From assembly GCF_009914755.1 (NCBI RefSeq), contig NC_060942.1: a DNA stretch of 64,000 nt. One strand, given 5' to 3'. The DNA comes from the human T2T-CHM13v2.0 reference genome, Homo sapiens. How positions within the stretch are numbered: the stretch's first letter is position 1; each line of letters starts with the position of its first letter. Position numbers and translations under genes: made by a program. The notes under the pieces were generated by a model, which made no database searches, was not told the origin of the DNA, and worked only from the letters and a program-made list of their open reading frames with translations. This document shows positions 46,171 to 64,000 of the stretch, piece by piece.

Positions 46171-47019
46171 GTTTTTCTTATATTCTTATAGTAATGCTTT
46201 TTCATTCTAATACCAAAGTCATTAAAGTAGGCAAACAATATGTTAACTCCCTGACATTCTTTGTTTGTTTGTACAAAAGATTTCCCAGGAAATGGTATTG
46301 AGAAGGATATATTTATTATATTGTTATGGCAAGAATCATTCAGTAGGAAAATATAGGTGGTATAGCTAATGAGCAAACTATAGAGTAGATTCCTTTTATC
46401 TTTTCCTTTTCTTCTCTGTGGTTTTCACTTTGCTCTCTTATCATCATCATTAATATCAAAGAATTTGGAAGATCATTAAAACTCTGCTAGCATTTGAAAC
46501 TATAATGCTTTTGGACATAATTTTGAAGCTTGTGAGTGATGAGGATTGTAATTTATAATATCAATTGACACCTTCTCCTCCACCCTTCATGCATTTAAAG
46601 AGCTCTGGGCTCCAATCTGCTCTCAGCTATTGTTTGAAGGCTGTCATTAAATACAGCAGCTCACATATCCTTCAGCAGGATTTGGTCTTCAATGGGTAGC
46701 AAGTAGAAACAGGCCAATAAGTCCTAAGCAAGAAGAAATATAGTTTAGATTTTAGAGAACTCATTCAGTTGAAGTCAAAGAGGGTTCATCCTCTACAAAA
46801 AGAACTGTTTATTTTGAACATATGATGTTTCAAAGACTGAAATTGTTACTGTACTATTTTGAGTGCAGGGAAATTGTTTACAAAAGGGACATGGACTCTT
46901 CTCAAATGGAGAGAATAAAAGTAATCATATGTATTAAAAAATTAATCCCAATAATTCACTTTCCTCTTTGATTGTACTTGCTATGAAGAGGCACAGAATG
47001 TCAGGCTTTGTCCTAATTG

Positions 47020-47660
47020 AGGATGATGAAAGTCACCAGAGAGGGCTTCCCTTGGGAAGTAATGTCCAACCTGAGATATAACAGGTAAAGAGGGCTAGCC
47101 GGAGAAAAATTGGGGTGAGAGAGGCTAATGAAGTAATGTCAAAATGAGTATGGAACTGACAAAGACCTTCATGGCTGGAGCTCAAAGACAAGGTGGACTG
47201 ACATGAAGCTGATAGGCAAGAGCAGTGGTGGAGAAGTTGGTATTTATCATAAGAGCAAGAGGAAGTTTTTAAAAAATTGGCATGATAGGTGTATGTTTTG
47301 AGAAGTCAGTCAGGCTTAAATCTTCTGATCCATATTAGAGGAAAGTAACAACAAAAGTAAGGAGAACAGTTAGGTGATATGGCAATGGTCATGTCAAGAG
47401 TCCAGGCTTTCACAGCAGTGTTTACAGTACTGGCAGAGAGAGGAGAACATATTCTAGAGACATGAGACAGGGTAGATAGAACGTGATGACTAAATGACAA
47501 TGAGAAAAGAAGAGAAAATGTGAAGAATATCATCTAGCTATCTTCCCAGATGATTAAGTGGATTGTGGGATCATTTACTGAGATAAGAAATATTAATGAA
47601 CGATCAATTTTCGAGGAAAAGATAATTTAGTTTTTGACATTTTGAATTTGATTGGCCTGT
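47020..47660 (-). mobile_element. L2 fragment
   Basis: AGAGGGCTTCCCTTGGGAAGTAATG...CATTTACTGAGATAAGAAA...TTTTTGACATTTTGAATTTGA. Confidence 0.6.
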
Positions 47661-47719
47661 GTCTTATTTTTAAAGTTAGTTGGGAACATGAAAACTTATC
47701 TGGCTGATGTTTTGTAGAC

Positions 47720-47985
47720 AGAGGAGATGTTATGTCACTTTTGAGCCATAATATTTAATTACGTTTGTGAGACAGTCCAGGGTTCTATTCTTTCTGCCAC
47801 TGTAGCTCTCAGTGTTTGAGACAGTGAAGCCTCCACTATATGGGTCCTGAAGTGAAGACAACATAGAAATGAAATGAGTGGTGAACATAGGGTATGAACA
47901 ACAAATAAAACCTTTGTGATTTAATTGACTGAAATCTTAGGGGTGTTTGTTACACCAGTAATACCTGGCCTATATTTGCCAATAT
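47720..47985 (+). mobile_element. Old MLT1 (I/J/K-like) LTR fragment
   Basis: AAATAAAACCTTTGTGATTTAATTGACTGAAATCTTAGGGGTGTTTGTTAC. Confidence 0.6.
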
Positions 47986-48264
47986 ATCTTCCTTTATTAA
48001 GAATACTTACTCATTCTCCAGACTTTTCATTGCATTCAATTTTGCATACAACTCACATTTCATTAATCATGCTGCTTTCTAATTAGTTGGGTGCATAGAT
48101 GACCCTCTTCCAACATACTTATATTTGGGACTCTCTCAAGAAAACTTGATATCTGTGTTTCTTAATGTCTCACTAAGTAACTAATATGAGTACCTGAGCT
48201 CAATTTGAAGTCTGTACATATGCATGAAATGACAGGAAATGAGCACTGATGGTAGCAATACTTC

Positions 48265-48740
48265 TGTAACGGGTTGACTTGGGGTCCCAAAATATATGTT
48301 GATTCTTAATTTTTGGTACCTCAAAATATGACTTTATTTGGAAATAAGGCTGTGGGAGATGAAATTAGTTAAGAGGAGGTAATACTGGAGAACAATTGTG
48401 CCTTAATCTAATATGACTGGTATTTTTATGAGAAGAGGAGAAATTTAAACCCAGACATGAAAGAAGCAAAGTGATATGAAGGCACAAAGGGAAAAGATTG
48501 CCTTGTGAAGACTAAGGCAGAGATTGGAGTTGTGCTGCCACAAACCAAGAAATGCCTGGGCCTACCAGAAGCTGGAAGAAGCAAGGAAGGATCCTCTCCC
48601 AGAGGCTTTGGAGGGAGCATGGCTGAAAATACCTTGATTTCAGGATTCTAACCTCTAGGAAAGTTAGATAAGACATTTCTGTTGTTTTAAGCCATGCACC
48701 TAGTGGTACATTGTTATGGGATTCCTAGAAAATTAAGTAT
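48265..48740 (+). mobile_element. MLT1C-like MaLR solo LTR
   Basis: TGACTTTATTTGGAAATAAGG...GGCAGAGATTGGAGTTGTGCTGCCACAAACCAAGAAATGCC...CCAGAAGCTGGAAGAAGCAAGGAAGGATCCTC. Confidence 0.88.
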
Positions 48741-49174
48741 ATTTTATAGTACTTTAATAACATTACAAGATTCATAACATGAGAGTTATAATGTATGATT
48801 CCTGTGTTGGATCCTAAGAATATGTAAGTGGTAAAACAAGCTCATGAGTTTAAACAATGAAGAAAAAACATCCTGTTGCAGGATGTTGATATTTTATAAA
48901 AATACAATTTTCCAAGGTATAGCTATTTAATTGTGGTAAGTGCTAATAGGGACAATTATTGAGCCCTTAGAAATCGTAGAGTAGAAGACATAACCTAGTC
49001 CATTTAAAAAAGGATGATTTTCCTTGAAGAAGTGACTTTAAAATTGGAGCCCTGGGAGCCTCACTAGAAGTCTTATCTTTCTTTCATTATTGAGTCTTGT
49101 CTGAGTAGAATTACAGGATGGAGGGTGAAATCCTGATATCAGTGCTTTCTCAGTAAGTGTTTGGGGAGAAAATT

Positions 49175-49330
49175 TGGAAGAAAGGAAATTTGGAAGGAAG
49201 GAGGAAAAGAAGAAAGGAAGACAAGAAAGGAAAAAAGAAGAAAGAGAAGAAAGGAAGGAAAAGAGGGAAGAAAGGGAGAAAAGGAGGGAAGAAAATAGGT
49301 GGATTGAAAGAAAAGAAAAGGAGAAAGATG
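49175..49330. repeat. GA-rich polypurine tract
   Basis: Direct reading. Confidence 0.9.
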
Positions 49331-49523
49331 AAATTAACTCTGAAAATAATATGTGTGTGTCCTATATTAAAAACAAAACAAAAACACATATTGTCTCACT
49401 AGTCTAGGAAAGATGCCATATAAATATATCCCTCCTGAATGTATATAAGGATCCTTATATATACGGATAAGAAAGATGTATTAGATATGTAGATAAACAG
49501 ATTATATACACACACATATATAA

Positions 49524-49935
<412 letters not shown>

Positions 49936-51930
49936 AGGGTAGGATTAGTTTCTAATACTCAGCAATTATTAGAATAGACTAATAAAATTAAATTTTTGAA
50001 AATAACACAATGAAAAGAGTTGAAGACATTCAAATGTTTATTCCATTTTTATTTATCTGGTAATCCAGCAAATAATTATGAAATAATGATTATATATCAG
50101 TTTATTTTACCAGCTATATTTCAAGATGTTGATGATGTATATACATGGTAGAAGAGATAAAAAATGTTCACAATAAAACACACATACTACATAGTTACTA
50201 TAATATGCATATTTATAATGTACTTTAGAATTACAAGAGGGCATCTAGACTATGTGGAAAACTCAGGAAAAGCATCATGTAACGGTAGCATTTGAATAGT
50301 CTGAAGGGTTATTAGGTGTTGATCAGTAAAATAAATTGAGAAATGCATTGTAGCACAAGGAAAACTACTATAGGCTTAGGGCAATTTTTAGGTCGCCAAT
50401 ATAACAGATTTTAAATTACTAATAAAGTAGAGATAATAATCCATTGTAATAAATTTTACAACGCATGAACATTTTTTCTATTGTGATACAATGTTTTTTA
50501 AGCTGAAGATATATGTAGCAGTTACCGTTACTTCAAAAAAGTCTTATGTTCCTTCAAAAGTAGTTATTAAACATCAACTAAGTTTTCAGTTCTGAGCTAG
50601 ATGCTGTGAATGACCTCAGAATAAACGAGTTACAGTTCTTCAAGAACTTTCTTTTTTTAAGAAATAATACTCTGAATAAAATCATACATGTAATAGCAGG
50701 TACAAACAGTATTATTTTGAGCATTCAACCATTTAGCAGTGTATTTATGATGACATTTTCTTTCTTAATCTCACAGTAACATACTGACCACTTAAAGTGG
50801 TTAACAACAGCAATAACAAAAGGCAAGGTTATTGGGCAAACGTCAGAAAGTCAAGATGGCTAAAGATCTTAAGAGAGCAACTTTTAGGAGGTCATTAGGT
50901 CATAAATAAGTACCAATGTACTTTTTTATTGGTATGATATATATTATACAAAATATAGAAGTATATGTTATTCCTACATTTTAAAAGGTTGTGTAGCCTC
51001 TTCTGACATCTGCCCCTGAATAACTTGATAAAATTAACACCAGCAACTGACAATTTAAGAAATTGTTATATTACTATTCTGGTACTATTTAGTTCTGTAT
51101 CTCTGGTTAAACATTAATACCTCAAATTTCTAGTTTTAATATATTGGTTTTAAAATAGAAAATATAAAATTTCTATTTTGCTACAGTTCTTAAATCTGAC
51201 AGATTACAACTGAAAAGATGAGAAACCATTTATTATACCTTTAAATATCTGCTGCAATGTTTAGTTTACAAAAGTAGTTTTATCACTGAGTTTTCAAAAA
51301 TATAGCTTCCAAAACAATGATGATAATTTCGCTGTCACAGTTTTTAGGAGTAATTATGTATTCAAAAATTATCTACTATATTAAAGCACAGTGACATCAC
51401 AAGAGTATAGATAAAACACTGTCTTCTATTTAAAAATATATTATCTTACAATCACTTTCAATAAAAATGTCATTGCACATAAAAAAATGAGAATTTTTAA
51501 TGGGATGAACTAAGAGCTGTAAACTAGATGATAGAATTACAAGTGTTGATTTAAGTATTCTTTCTACAAGTATTTGACTACAGGTTTTCTAGATTTAGGG
51601 ATCATATCTTATGTATTAACGAATCTAAAATACTTAATATGAACTTGACACATAAGAAGTGTGAGATAAATTTCGATAAACAAGTAAATAAATGTATGGA
51701 TTAATTGTCAAGTAAAAATTATTCTAAAGAAACTATTGAAGTTAGAAGAGAGAATAGTCTGATAATGCTTATAAGGTAGATGGTAAATAACTTGGAGAGT
51801 TTGAGGGAGCTTTGACTCATATTCAGGAAAACTGGAAGATACTTAGATTAAGTACAAGACAGCAGCTATCTGTGGGAGTAAAAGGGGGCAGAAGAGAGAT
51901 GAGCAAATTACCGCTACCACAATGAACTAA

Positions 51931-52422
<492 letters not shown>

Positions 52423-53752
52423 TAAAACCAGCAGACACTCAGATCCTAAGCCTTACTAAAGGGAAAGTTGTGATTCTACCCTTAAAATATTTGAGATCTT
52501 TTGTTGAATTGAATCTAATTAAAGGAATAACAGAAACTAGGCCAGTTCAACTATGGAGTAGATTAAACAAAGACCTGGCCAGACACAAATATACATTGAC
52601 TTAGTAATCTCTGTCCCATGGTGAAAGTCTGAACAACAACAACAAAATAGGAGCATGTCCTTTCCTAGACTTAAAATTACTCAGTTCTTTCCAGTTCTTT
52701 CCACAAAATGTCTATATTTAATAAAAAAATGAAACAATCAAAGAAAAAAATATGTGAGCCATCATCAAGAGGAGAAACAATGAAACTAACCCAGGTAGCT
52801 CAAATGTAGGAATTATCAGAGGCATTTTAAAATGATAGTGAGTATAATAAAGAATCTAACAAAAATATGTACAATGTGAATTTTCAAATGAGTAATTTCA
52901 ACAGAGTGAAAAACACTAGAATGAAAAATATGAGAAAAGAAATAAAGATAATTTTGGTGGATATATCAGCTGAATATATATAGCACATGAAGGAATAAGT
53001 AAACATAAGACAGAACAGTAGAAATTATACAAAAGGGAATAAAGGAGGAAAATAAGCTACAAACATATAATATCTGTGAACAAAACATCAGCTGGCCTAA
53101 GATTTGTGTGACTACTCAGAAGGTGAAGATGGAGGGAAATTAGGGCACAAAAATAGTGGAGGAAATATTGGCTGAAATTTTTCTGAGTTTTATGGAAAAC
53201 ATCAAATCACATATTAAAGAAATTCAGCTTCAGTGAACCACATTCAGAATTTAACAGATTCTCTATCTCTCTCTCTCACACACACACAGACACACACATG
53301 CACACACACACACCATAAATAAAGAGAAAACTTGAAAATTGCCAAAAAAAGAAAAGACATATAATTAGAGGAGATCAAAAGAGAAAAAGGACAAAAAGGA
53401 AGCCACATGGCAAATAAAAATCATCTTCAATATACCAAGTTTTTTTTTTAATGCCTGTTAAAAAATAAAGGCAAGGGAAATTCGACTTTAGCTTAGTAAT
53501 GGAACTAGAAAATCCTCTTTTGAAAATTATAAAATGGACAACATTTACAAAAACAATAATTTTTGCACATTGGAAATTAACCAAAGACCTAGCTGTAATG
53601 CATCTATATTTCAAAAACAGCTGAACTTAGAGTGAGACAGTAGAAGTCTGTGATATTCGTGCTTGAGAATGCTCTAACCGTCACTTCTACTATTCCAGAG
53701 TTAGCATGGCTATCATTCCAGGGCTAGGAAGAGAATAAGAATAGTTCTATCA

Positions 53753-53885
53753 GGCCAGGTGTGGTTGCTCACACCTGTAATCCCAGCACTTTGAGAGGCC
53801 AAAGCAGGCGGATCATGTCAGGAGTTTGATACCAGCCTGGCCAATATGGTGAAACCCCGTCTTTGCTAAAAATACAAAAATTAGG
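53753..53885 (+). mobile_element. Alu left monomer only (AluS-type)
   Basis: GGCCAGGTGTGGTTGCTCACACCTGTAATCCCAGC...AAAATACAAAAATTAG followed by non-Alu sequence. Confidence 0.9.
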
Positions 53886-54362
53886 ACAGATAATGATGGA
53901 TTACTAAAAAAAAAAAAAAAAACAAACAAAAACCAGAGAGCTCAGCAACAATAACCTTTATTAGAAAAAAATCAAGATTCATAGTTACTACATTATATTA
54001 TAAAAATGTCAATTTTTAACAAAAACATGTAAAACATGCAAAGATATGGAAAGTGTGAAATATCTTCAAAGGATGCAAGAAGCTAATAAAAACTATCACT
54101 GAGTGTTCCCAGAGATTGTGTTTAGGAAACAAGGACATCCAAACAGCTGTTATAAACATATTCAAAAAACCAATGACAACTACTTGTGAACTGGAGGAAA
54201 CTATGACAAGAAGGAGAGAATTTCAATAAGGAAAGAGAAATTATTTTTAAAAGAATCAAAACAAATTGTATGTTAAAACATGCAAAAAATGAAAAAATTC
54301 ACTGAATCCATAAAAAATCATGGATTCAATAGCAGATTGGAAATAACAGAAGAAACAATCAA

Positions 54363-54364
<2 letters not shown>

Positions 54365-54410
<46 letters not shown>
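54365..54410. repeat. Pure (CA)n microsatellite, about 23 units
   Basis: Direct reading. Confidence 0.95.
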
Positions 54411-54414
<4 letters not shown>

Positions 54415-57064
54415 AAAGCCATAGAAAATAAATTGAACAGGATCTCAGGAATCTGTGGAAAAATACCAAGCTTACCAACATACGCGTAATGGGAGGCCTA
54501 GAAAATAGTGAGAAGGAAAGGAGATAGAATTTAATAATTTAATGGCTTAAAATCTCACAAATTTGATTAAAACACTTTACTACACACAGTCAAGGAACTG
54601 AAGTAATTTCAAGTAGGATAAATACACACAGATATCCACCAGTGTGTTGTAGTCAAGCTATAGAAAGTAATAAAGAGACCACCTTAAAGACAATGAGACA
54701 AACAAACAAGCAAAAACAACTCAAATAAGTGCATCAATATGACTAACTCATGACTTCACATCTGAAACAACAGGGGCCAAATGGTAGTGGGATCACATAT
54801 ACAAATTAATAATTACAAAATCAACCAAGAATTCTATGTCCAATAAAAATTATCCTTCAAATATGACTTTAAAATAAAGACACTACAAGATAAATGACAA
54901 TTGACATAATGTGTTGTTAATAGGTATGTCATAAGAAGAAATAGTAAAGCAAATTCTGGATGAAATAAAATGACACAGGGCAGTAAATCAAATCCATAGG
55001 AAGAAATGGTAATATGTGAGTTAATATAAAATATATTATAAATGTAGTTTGCTAAATTCTTTGTAGACTTATTTTAAATATATGAGATGGTATAAAGCAA
55101 TAATTATGACACATTATTACTGACTTTATACAACCCATAGATATTTATGAAAATAATAGCACAAAGTAAGAAAGAAAACTGTGCTATAGTAAAACAATAT
55201 TTTCATATTTTATCAGAACAAATTTTATGTTATTTGGAAGTATATGGTCATTGGTTAAGATGCATATTGTAATCTCTAGGGCATCCACTAAAAAAAAATT
55301 AAATGTAAATAGTAAAATAATCCACAGATGAGTAAAAATTATACCTTGAAAACATGTTTACTAAAAATAAAAGAAGGGACCACACTAAAAGAGAAAGAAA
55401 TAAAAAATTATTAATGTTAAATTCAAATTTATTAAAACATACTACTAAAAAAATTGATAAGGTACAAATAGGGAGAAATTATTTGAAAATTATATATTTC
55501 CTTTAGTAGACTCCAAGGTAGACTCCCAGATAAAGGACATGTATCCAAGATACAAAAAGGTTTTTAAAAAGATAAACAATAAGCCAAAAAAAGAGCAAAC
55601 ATTTTCATTATCATTTCACCAAAGAAGTTATAGGAATAAGGATTAAACACTATAATGTATACATACATCATTAATATTTAGGGAATTACAAATTAAAACT
55701 ACATGAGATACCACTATACACCCAACTAGAATGGCTCTACTCAAAAAGATGGACAATGACAAGAGTTAAAGAGGATGTGCAGAAACTACCACCCTAATAC
55801 ATTGATGATTAAAGGTTAAATGGAAATGTTAAATGGGCTAGACACTTTGGAAAACTGTTTGGCAATCTTAAAAACAAAATAGACATAAACATACATGACC
55901 CAGAAAATCCACACCTGGGAGTCTACTTTGTATTCTACTGAAGGAAAATTAAACGTATGACAACACAAAGCTATTAATAGGAGTATTATTCATAGTAGCT
56001 TAAAATTAGAACCAACCCAATGTCCATCAAAAGATGAATTATAAACAATGTTTTCTATTTATATAACTGATATAATTCAGTAATAAAGAACAAACTATTG
56101 ACATATAATTCAGCATGGCTAAACCTCAAATTTAGTACACTTAGTGAAAGAAGCCAGTGGCAGAAGACCACACATTATATAATTTAATTTTTATGAAATA
56201 TTTAGAAAAACTAATTTATATAGAAAGAAAGATAATAGATGTCATCTACAGCTGGAGAAGTATATGAAGATTAACTGCAGATGAACAATAAGAAACTTTT
56301 TGGTGTCATGTCTGCCATCTTTACTTGAGTGGGGAATGGGAGAAAATGTGTTGGCTTTTGTCATTTTTTTCTATAGGCTGTATGAAGCAATGAAAGTAAA
56401 TGCTTTTTACTTTTATAAATGCTACTGTGTTTCTGAAACACGATTTCCACATTTTCAAACAAGAATTATTAGAATTGTATTTGTGTGATTCCTTTCCTCT
56501 GTACCTTAGAGATCTGTCTTTCCATGATGAAATTCTTTTAAAAGCTATCCGAAGGTATACTCAATGTAATGCATATGAGGTCATTTGCATTTTTTTTAAA
56601 AAACATCTTATTTGTGAAGCAGATTTCTTTCAACATATCAAAGCATATACTCTCACTGAATCCATCTGAATGTTTTCTAAATCATCCTTCTAAGCAAAAT
56701 ACTTTCATTTTTTAAAAGAGAACATTTCCTATACCCAATTTAACTTTTTGTGTTGAGCTCAAGCAATATAAAATATCAGCTCAAATAAGAAATGTGGGGA
56801 GGAATTGTAAAAGAAAGCCAGGAAGATTAAATGGAAAAATGACTCTCTAAGGTCTGATGTGTGGCATTAATGATGTAGCTCACTATAGCTGACGGGGGCA
56901 GCTAGTTCTTTGCCCTTTGTATCAGGAAAACTAATAAAGACTTTCATTTGTTAAGTGGTGAAAATTTAAACAAACTGAATCTTTGGTTATAAAAGATTGT
57001 CTTTTAATTGCTTAAAAAGAAACATACAATGCTACTGCCAAGAAAAATATATAATTCATTCTCA

Positions 57065-57320
57065 TTCTGTATTGAACACGTACAAACTCATTTTTCTTGT
57101 CATTATTTCCTAAATAATATAGTATAACAACTATTTACATAGCACTTACATTATATTTGAGATAATAAGTAATCTAGAGATGATTTAAAGTATATGGGGG
57201 ACTGTATAGGTTATATGAAAATACTATGCCATTTTATATAAGGTAATTGAGCATTCACAGATTTTGGTTTCTGAGGGGTATCCTGGAACCAATCCTGAAT
57301 GGATATCAAGGAACGACTAT
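57065..57320 (-). mobile_element. MER2 (TcMar-Tigger) fragment
   Basis: TAACAACTATTTACATAGCA...AAGTAATCTAGAGATGATTTAAAGTATA...TCCTGGAACCAATCC...GGAACGACT. Confidence 0.88.
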
Positions 57321-57431
57321 TTAGTGTTTTGATATGATTAACTATAATCAAATGCTAAGTAGAATCTATGAATTTTATGGATTGTAATTACCATAAGGAG
57401 TTTTGAGGAAGTAGAACTTGAAATAGGAAGG

Positions 57432-57994
57432 TGATGAGTTTCAGGACATGCTACTACAAAATATGGCACTTTGAGATACTGAATATTTTAAGCTAAAGAA
57501 ATTGGAAAAAACAGCAGAAGCTAGAAAGTCTCTCTGATCTCCCCCTGCTCTTCTTCCAAGAAGCAGTTCATAAAAACCGAGGAAGAATTTTCTGTTCTTC
57601 CCCTGAAGCAGGTCATAAGACCCTCATGCGAGAGGTGTTCTTCCTATATCCAGAAGAAAAGATCATTGTTATCTCTGAAGACTCAGAGACACAGACAGAA
57701 AAATCTAAACAACAAGACCTTGCTAAATTTCCCTCAGTTTATTACCATTCAATTCTACTTTTTGTCCTATTATATTTTCTCCATGATTAGTTACTCTTCA
57801 TCAAACTGAGTATAAAAATATTCTGCATTACTCATTTCTTCAGGTCTTTATTTTTTTAAATTAAGGTTCAGTGTCATATAAAATTTATAGTACATAAATT
57901 GGTATACTTTTCTTTTGTTAACCTGTCTGTTGTTATAGAGCCCTCAGCCATGACCTAGGATGAGTAGAAGGAATAATATTTTTCCTTCCTTACA
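57432..57994 (+). mobile_element. ERV1-class solo LTR (LTR37/MER90-like)
   Basis: TGATG...TACA termini with perfect 4-bp TSD AAGG at 57428-57431 and 57995-57998; CCCCTGAAGCAGGTCATAAGACCCTCATG. Subfamily uncertain. Confidence 0.85.
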
Positions 57995-58389
57995 AAGGAC
58001 AAACTTGGTAGAATACCTAAGCAAGCGAAGAAGTGGCAAATGGAGTGCAACGCAGGTATGGGTGCATAATGTAGATAAACATAGGCCATACAGTGACCAA
58101 ATAGCACACTTTAGTGGTAGTTCCTACTCTACCACTTCTACCTATTATACTCTTTGAAGGTAATAAAGAGAAAGGGGGGGCGGAAAAATAATTAGAATTG
58201 CTAGGAAAGATATGCAAGAATAGTCATTTTGGGGATGCTTTCACACAGTTAATTGAGCTACAAAGCACAATTAATTATAGTCAATGAATATTTAATTACT
58301 GGTAATTCAAGAGAAATTCCAAAATGAGTTATTTTTATTTTGAAGGTATTTTGCAAATAAGAAGAAACCTTTGGTTACTATTTCCATGA

Positions 58390-62600
<4,211 letters not shown>

Positions 62601-62964
62601 GGCAACCTGAAACTTTGAGTCCCTTAACATTATTTAAATTCTGTTATTGTAACTTATAGTTATCACGGAAAATATGTTAAGTGGAGATCTTATGTTAACA
62701 AATTCTGATAATTTAAACCCCAAAATTGTATCTCTCCATTTCTTCATCTCTCAATGAGAATCATTATCTAAACTACATATTGAACATGGTATATATTAGG
62801 ACTCTATAAGATGGCACAATGACTATTTAAGGTTGTAATTTGTTTTCCATTATCTTATCCTTGTTGGGGAGTAGATTTTTGTGGCTTGAAAATGTATCTT
62901 TCGATCTATATGTGCATATAACATGCATAGTGTTCCTTAAAGAACCCAGACCACCTACCTCCTT

Positions 62965-63090
62965 TGTATGCCTCTTTCCTTCCTTCCTCCCTCCCCATCC
63001 CCCCACCTTTTTTTTTGTTCCCTCTTTTTCTTTCTCTCTCTTTCCTTTCATTTTTTTTCTCATTTTTTCTTCCTCTCCTTTTCTTCTTAT
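62965..63090. repeat. CT-rich polypyrimidine tract
   Basis: Direct reading. Confidence 0.85.
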
Positions 63091-64000
63091 TAAAAAAAAT
63101 GTTCAGTAGTTTAGACTGCAGCTAAGTTAAGCATGGGCTAAACCATACTTTATCTTGAACATGGGCATTTTGAAAAAATGTTTGTAAGGCAGAATATTTG
63201 CTTAAAAGAACAAACACTTTTTGAAAACTCTAGAAATAGCCATTTCCATACCAAAAATACACAGTGGAAAAGTACAAATGGTACTTTGTTGTGCTCATTA
63301 AGAATCATTTGTACTGCTTTTTAATGCAAAAACTAGGCTAAGATAATGTAGTATGTTCTAAGTTACGAAACCAAGAACCATAGAACTTGCTCCATAATTT
63401 ACTGATTGCAAGGTCTAAGGGCAGTCACAACCAGCAATTTTCATTTCTCAAATAAGGCACCCAGAGTTGAATATATATCCTTTTATATCCCTTTATATCC
63501 CATGATACAGAAACATCTATAACATAAACTGTGCTTAATCCCCTTCATGAGCATATCAAATTTAAGAATTCTGTGGTTAGGATTTACTTTTGTTTTTCAA
63601 CAAATAGCAAATTATACATTTTTTTAACTAAGCATTTTTATTTGCCTACATCTGCCTCAATTATTCTTCTGTTTAAAAGAGTATTTTCTTTTTTATGCTA
63701 ATATATGTATGTGCAATTCTTTAGAATGAATATGCTCATTTGATTGTTATACTGGTTTAAAAAAGTTTATATTTCTAGCAACTGTGTACCTTAGAGACAA
63801 CCTGTATTCCCAAAAGAGTTTGCCTATCTAGTGACCATCATTTCAAATGGAGATACATTTACTCTTTCAGTCTTGCCAAGCTGGGAGCCTCCCTGAATTC
63901 AGGGAAAATAGCCTAGGGCTCCATGGCATAAAGATGACGATGAGGCAGCACAGCCATACAGGACACAAGCAAGAATTCTGCCATTTTTATTTGGACCTTC

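Larger units (their letters stand above)
52700..56300 (+). mobile_element. Composite of old L1M fragments (two ORF1-like segments, then a 3' end)
   Basis: GAAATATTGGCTGAAATTTTTC near 53160; GGATTCAATAGCAGATTGGAA and TCAACCAAGAATTCTATGTCCAATAAAAATTATCCTTCAAA at 54320-54860; 3'UTR CACTTAGTGAAAGAAGCCAG near 56140. Confidence 0.7.

Noticed and set aside
49150-49407. Lys/Arg/Glu-rich and Phe-rich ORFs
   Set aside because: They are translations of a GA-rich low-complexity tract.

Overview
This is AT-rich primate (human/hominoid-like) non-coding DNA, either intergenic or deep intronic. I found no supportable host protein-coding exon, RNA gene, CpG island or CRISPR array. Much of the window is transposable-element debris: a 5'-truncated L1PA, several old L1M elements, about 11 Alu copies or fragments, a solo LTR12 (ERV9), a complete MSTB (MaLR) provirus with both LTRs and a 5-bp TSD nested in an old L1, other solo LTRs (MLT1, MER21, an ERV1 LTR with a 4-bp TSD, an ERVL-like LTR), DNA transposons (MER5, MER20, MER102, MER2), L2/MIR remnants, microsatellites and a 36-bp VNTR. 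All long ORFs are L1 ORF2, MaLR-int, Alu or simple-repeat artefacts. I do not see a new multi-gene biological system. The most interesting observations are small-scale: the CpG/RCGTG-bearing VNTR, the LTR12 with a candidate splice donor at its edge, a templated insertion in an AluY, deletion scars, and repeat-poor candidate regulatory islands. Repeat subfamily names come from recalled consensus sequences and were assigned by eye; boundaries of old elements are approximate.
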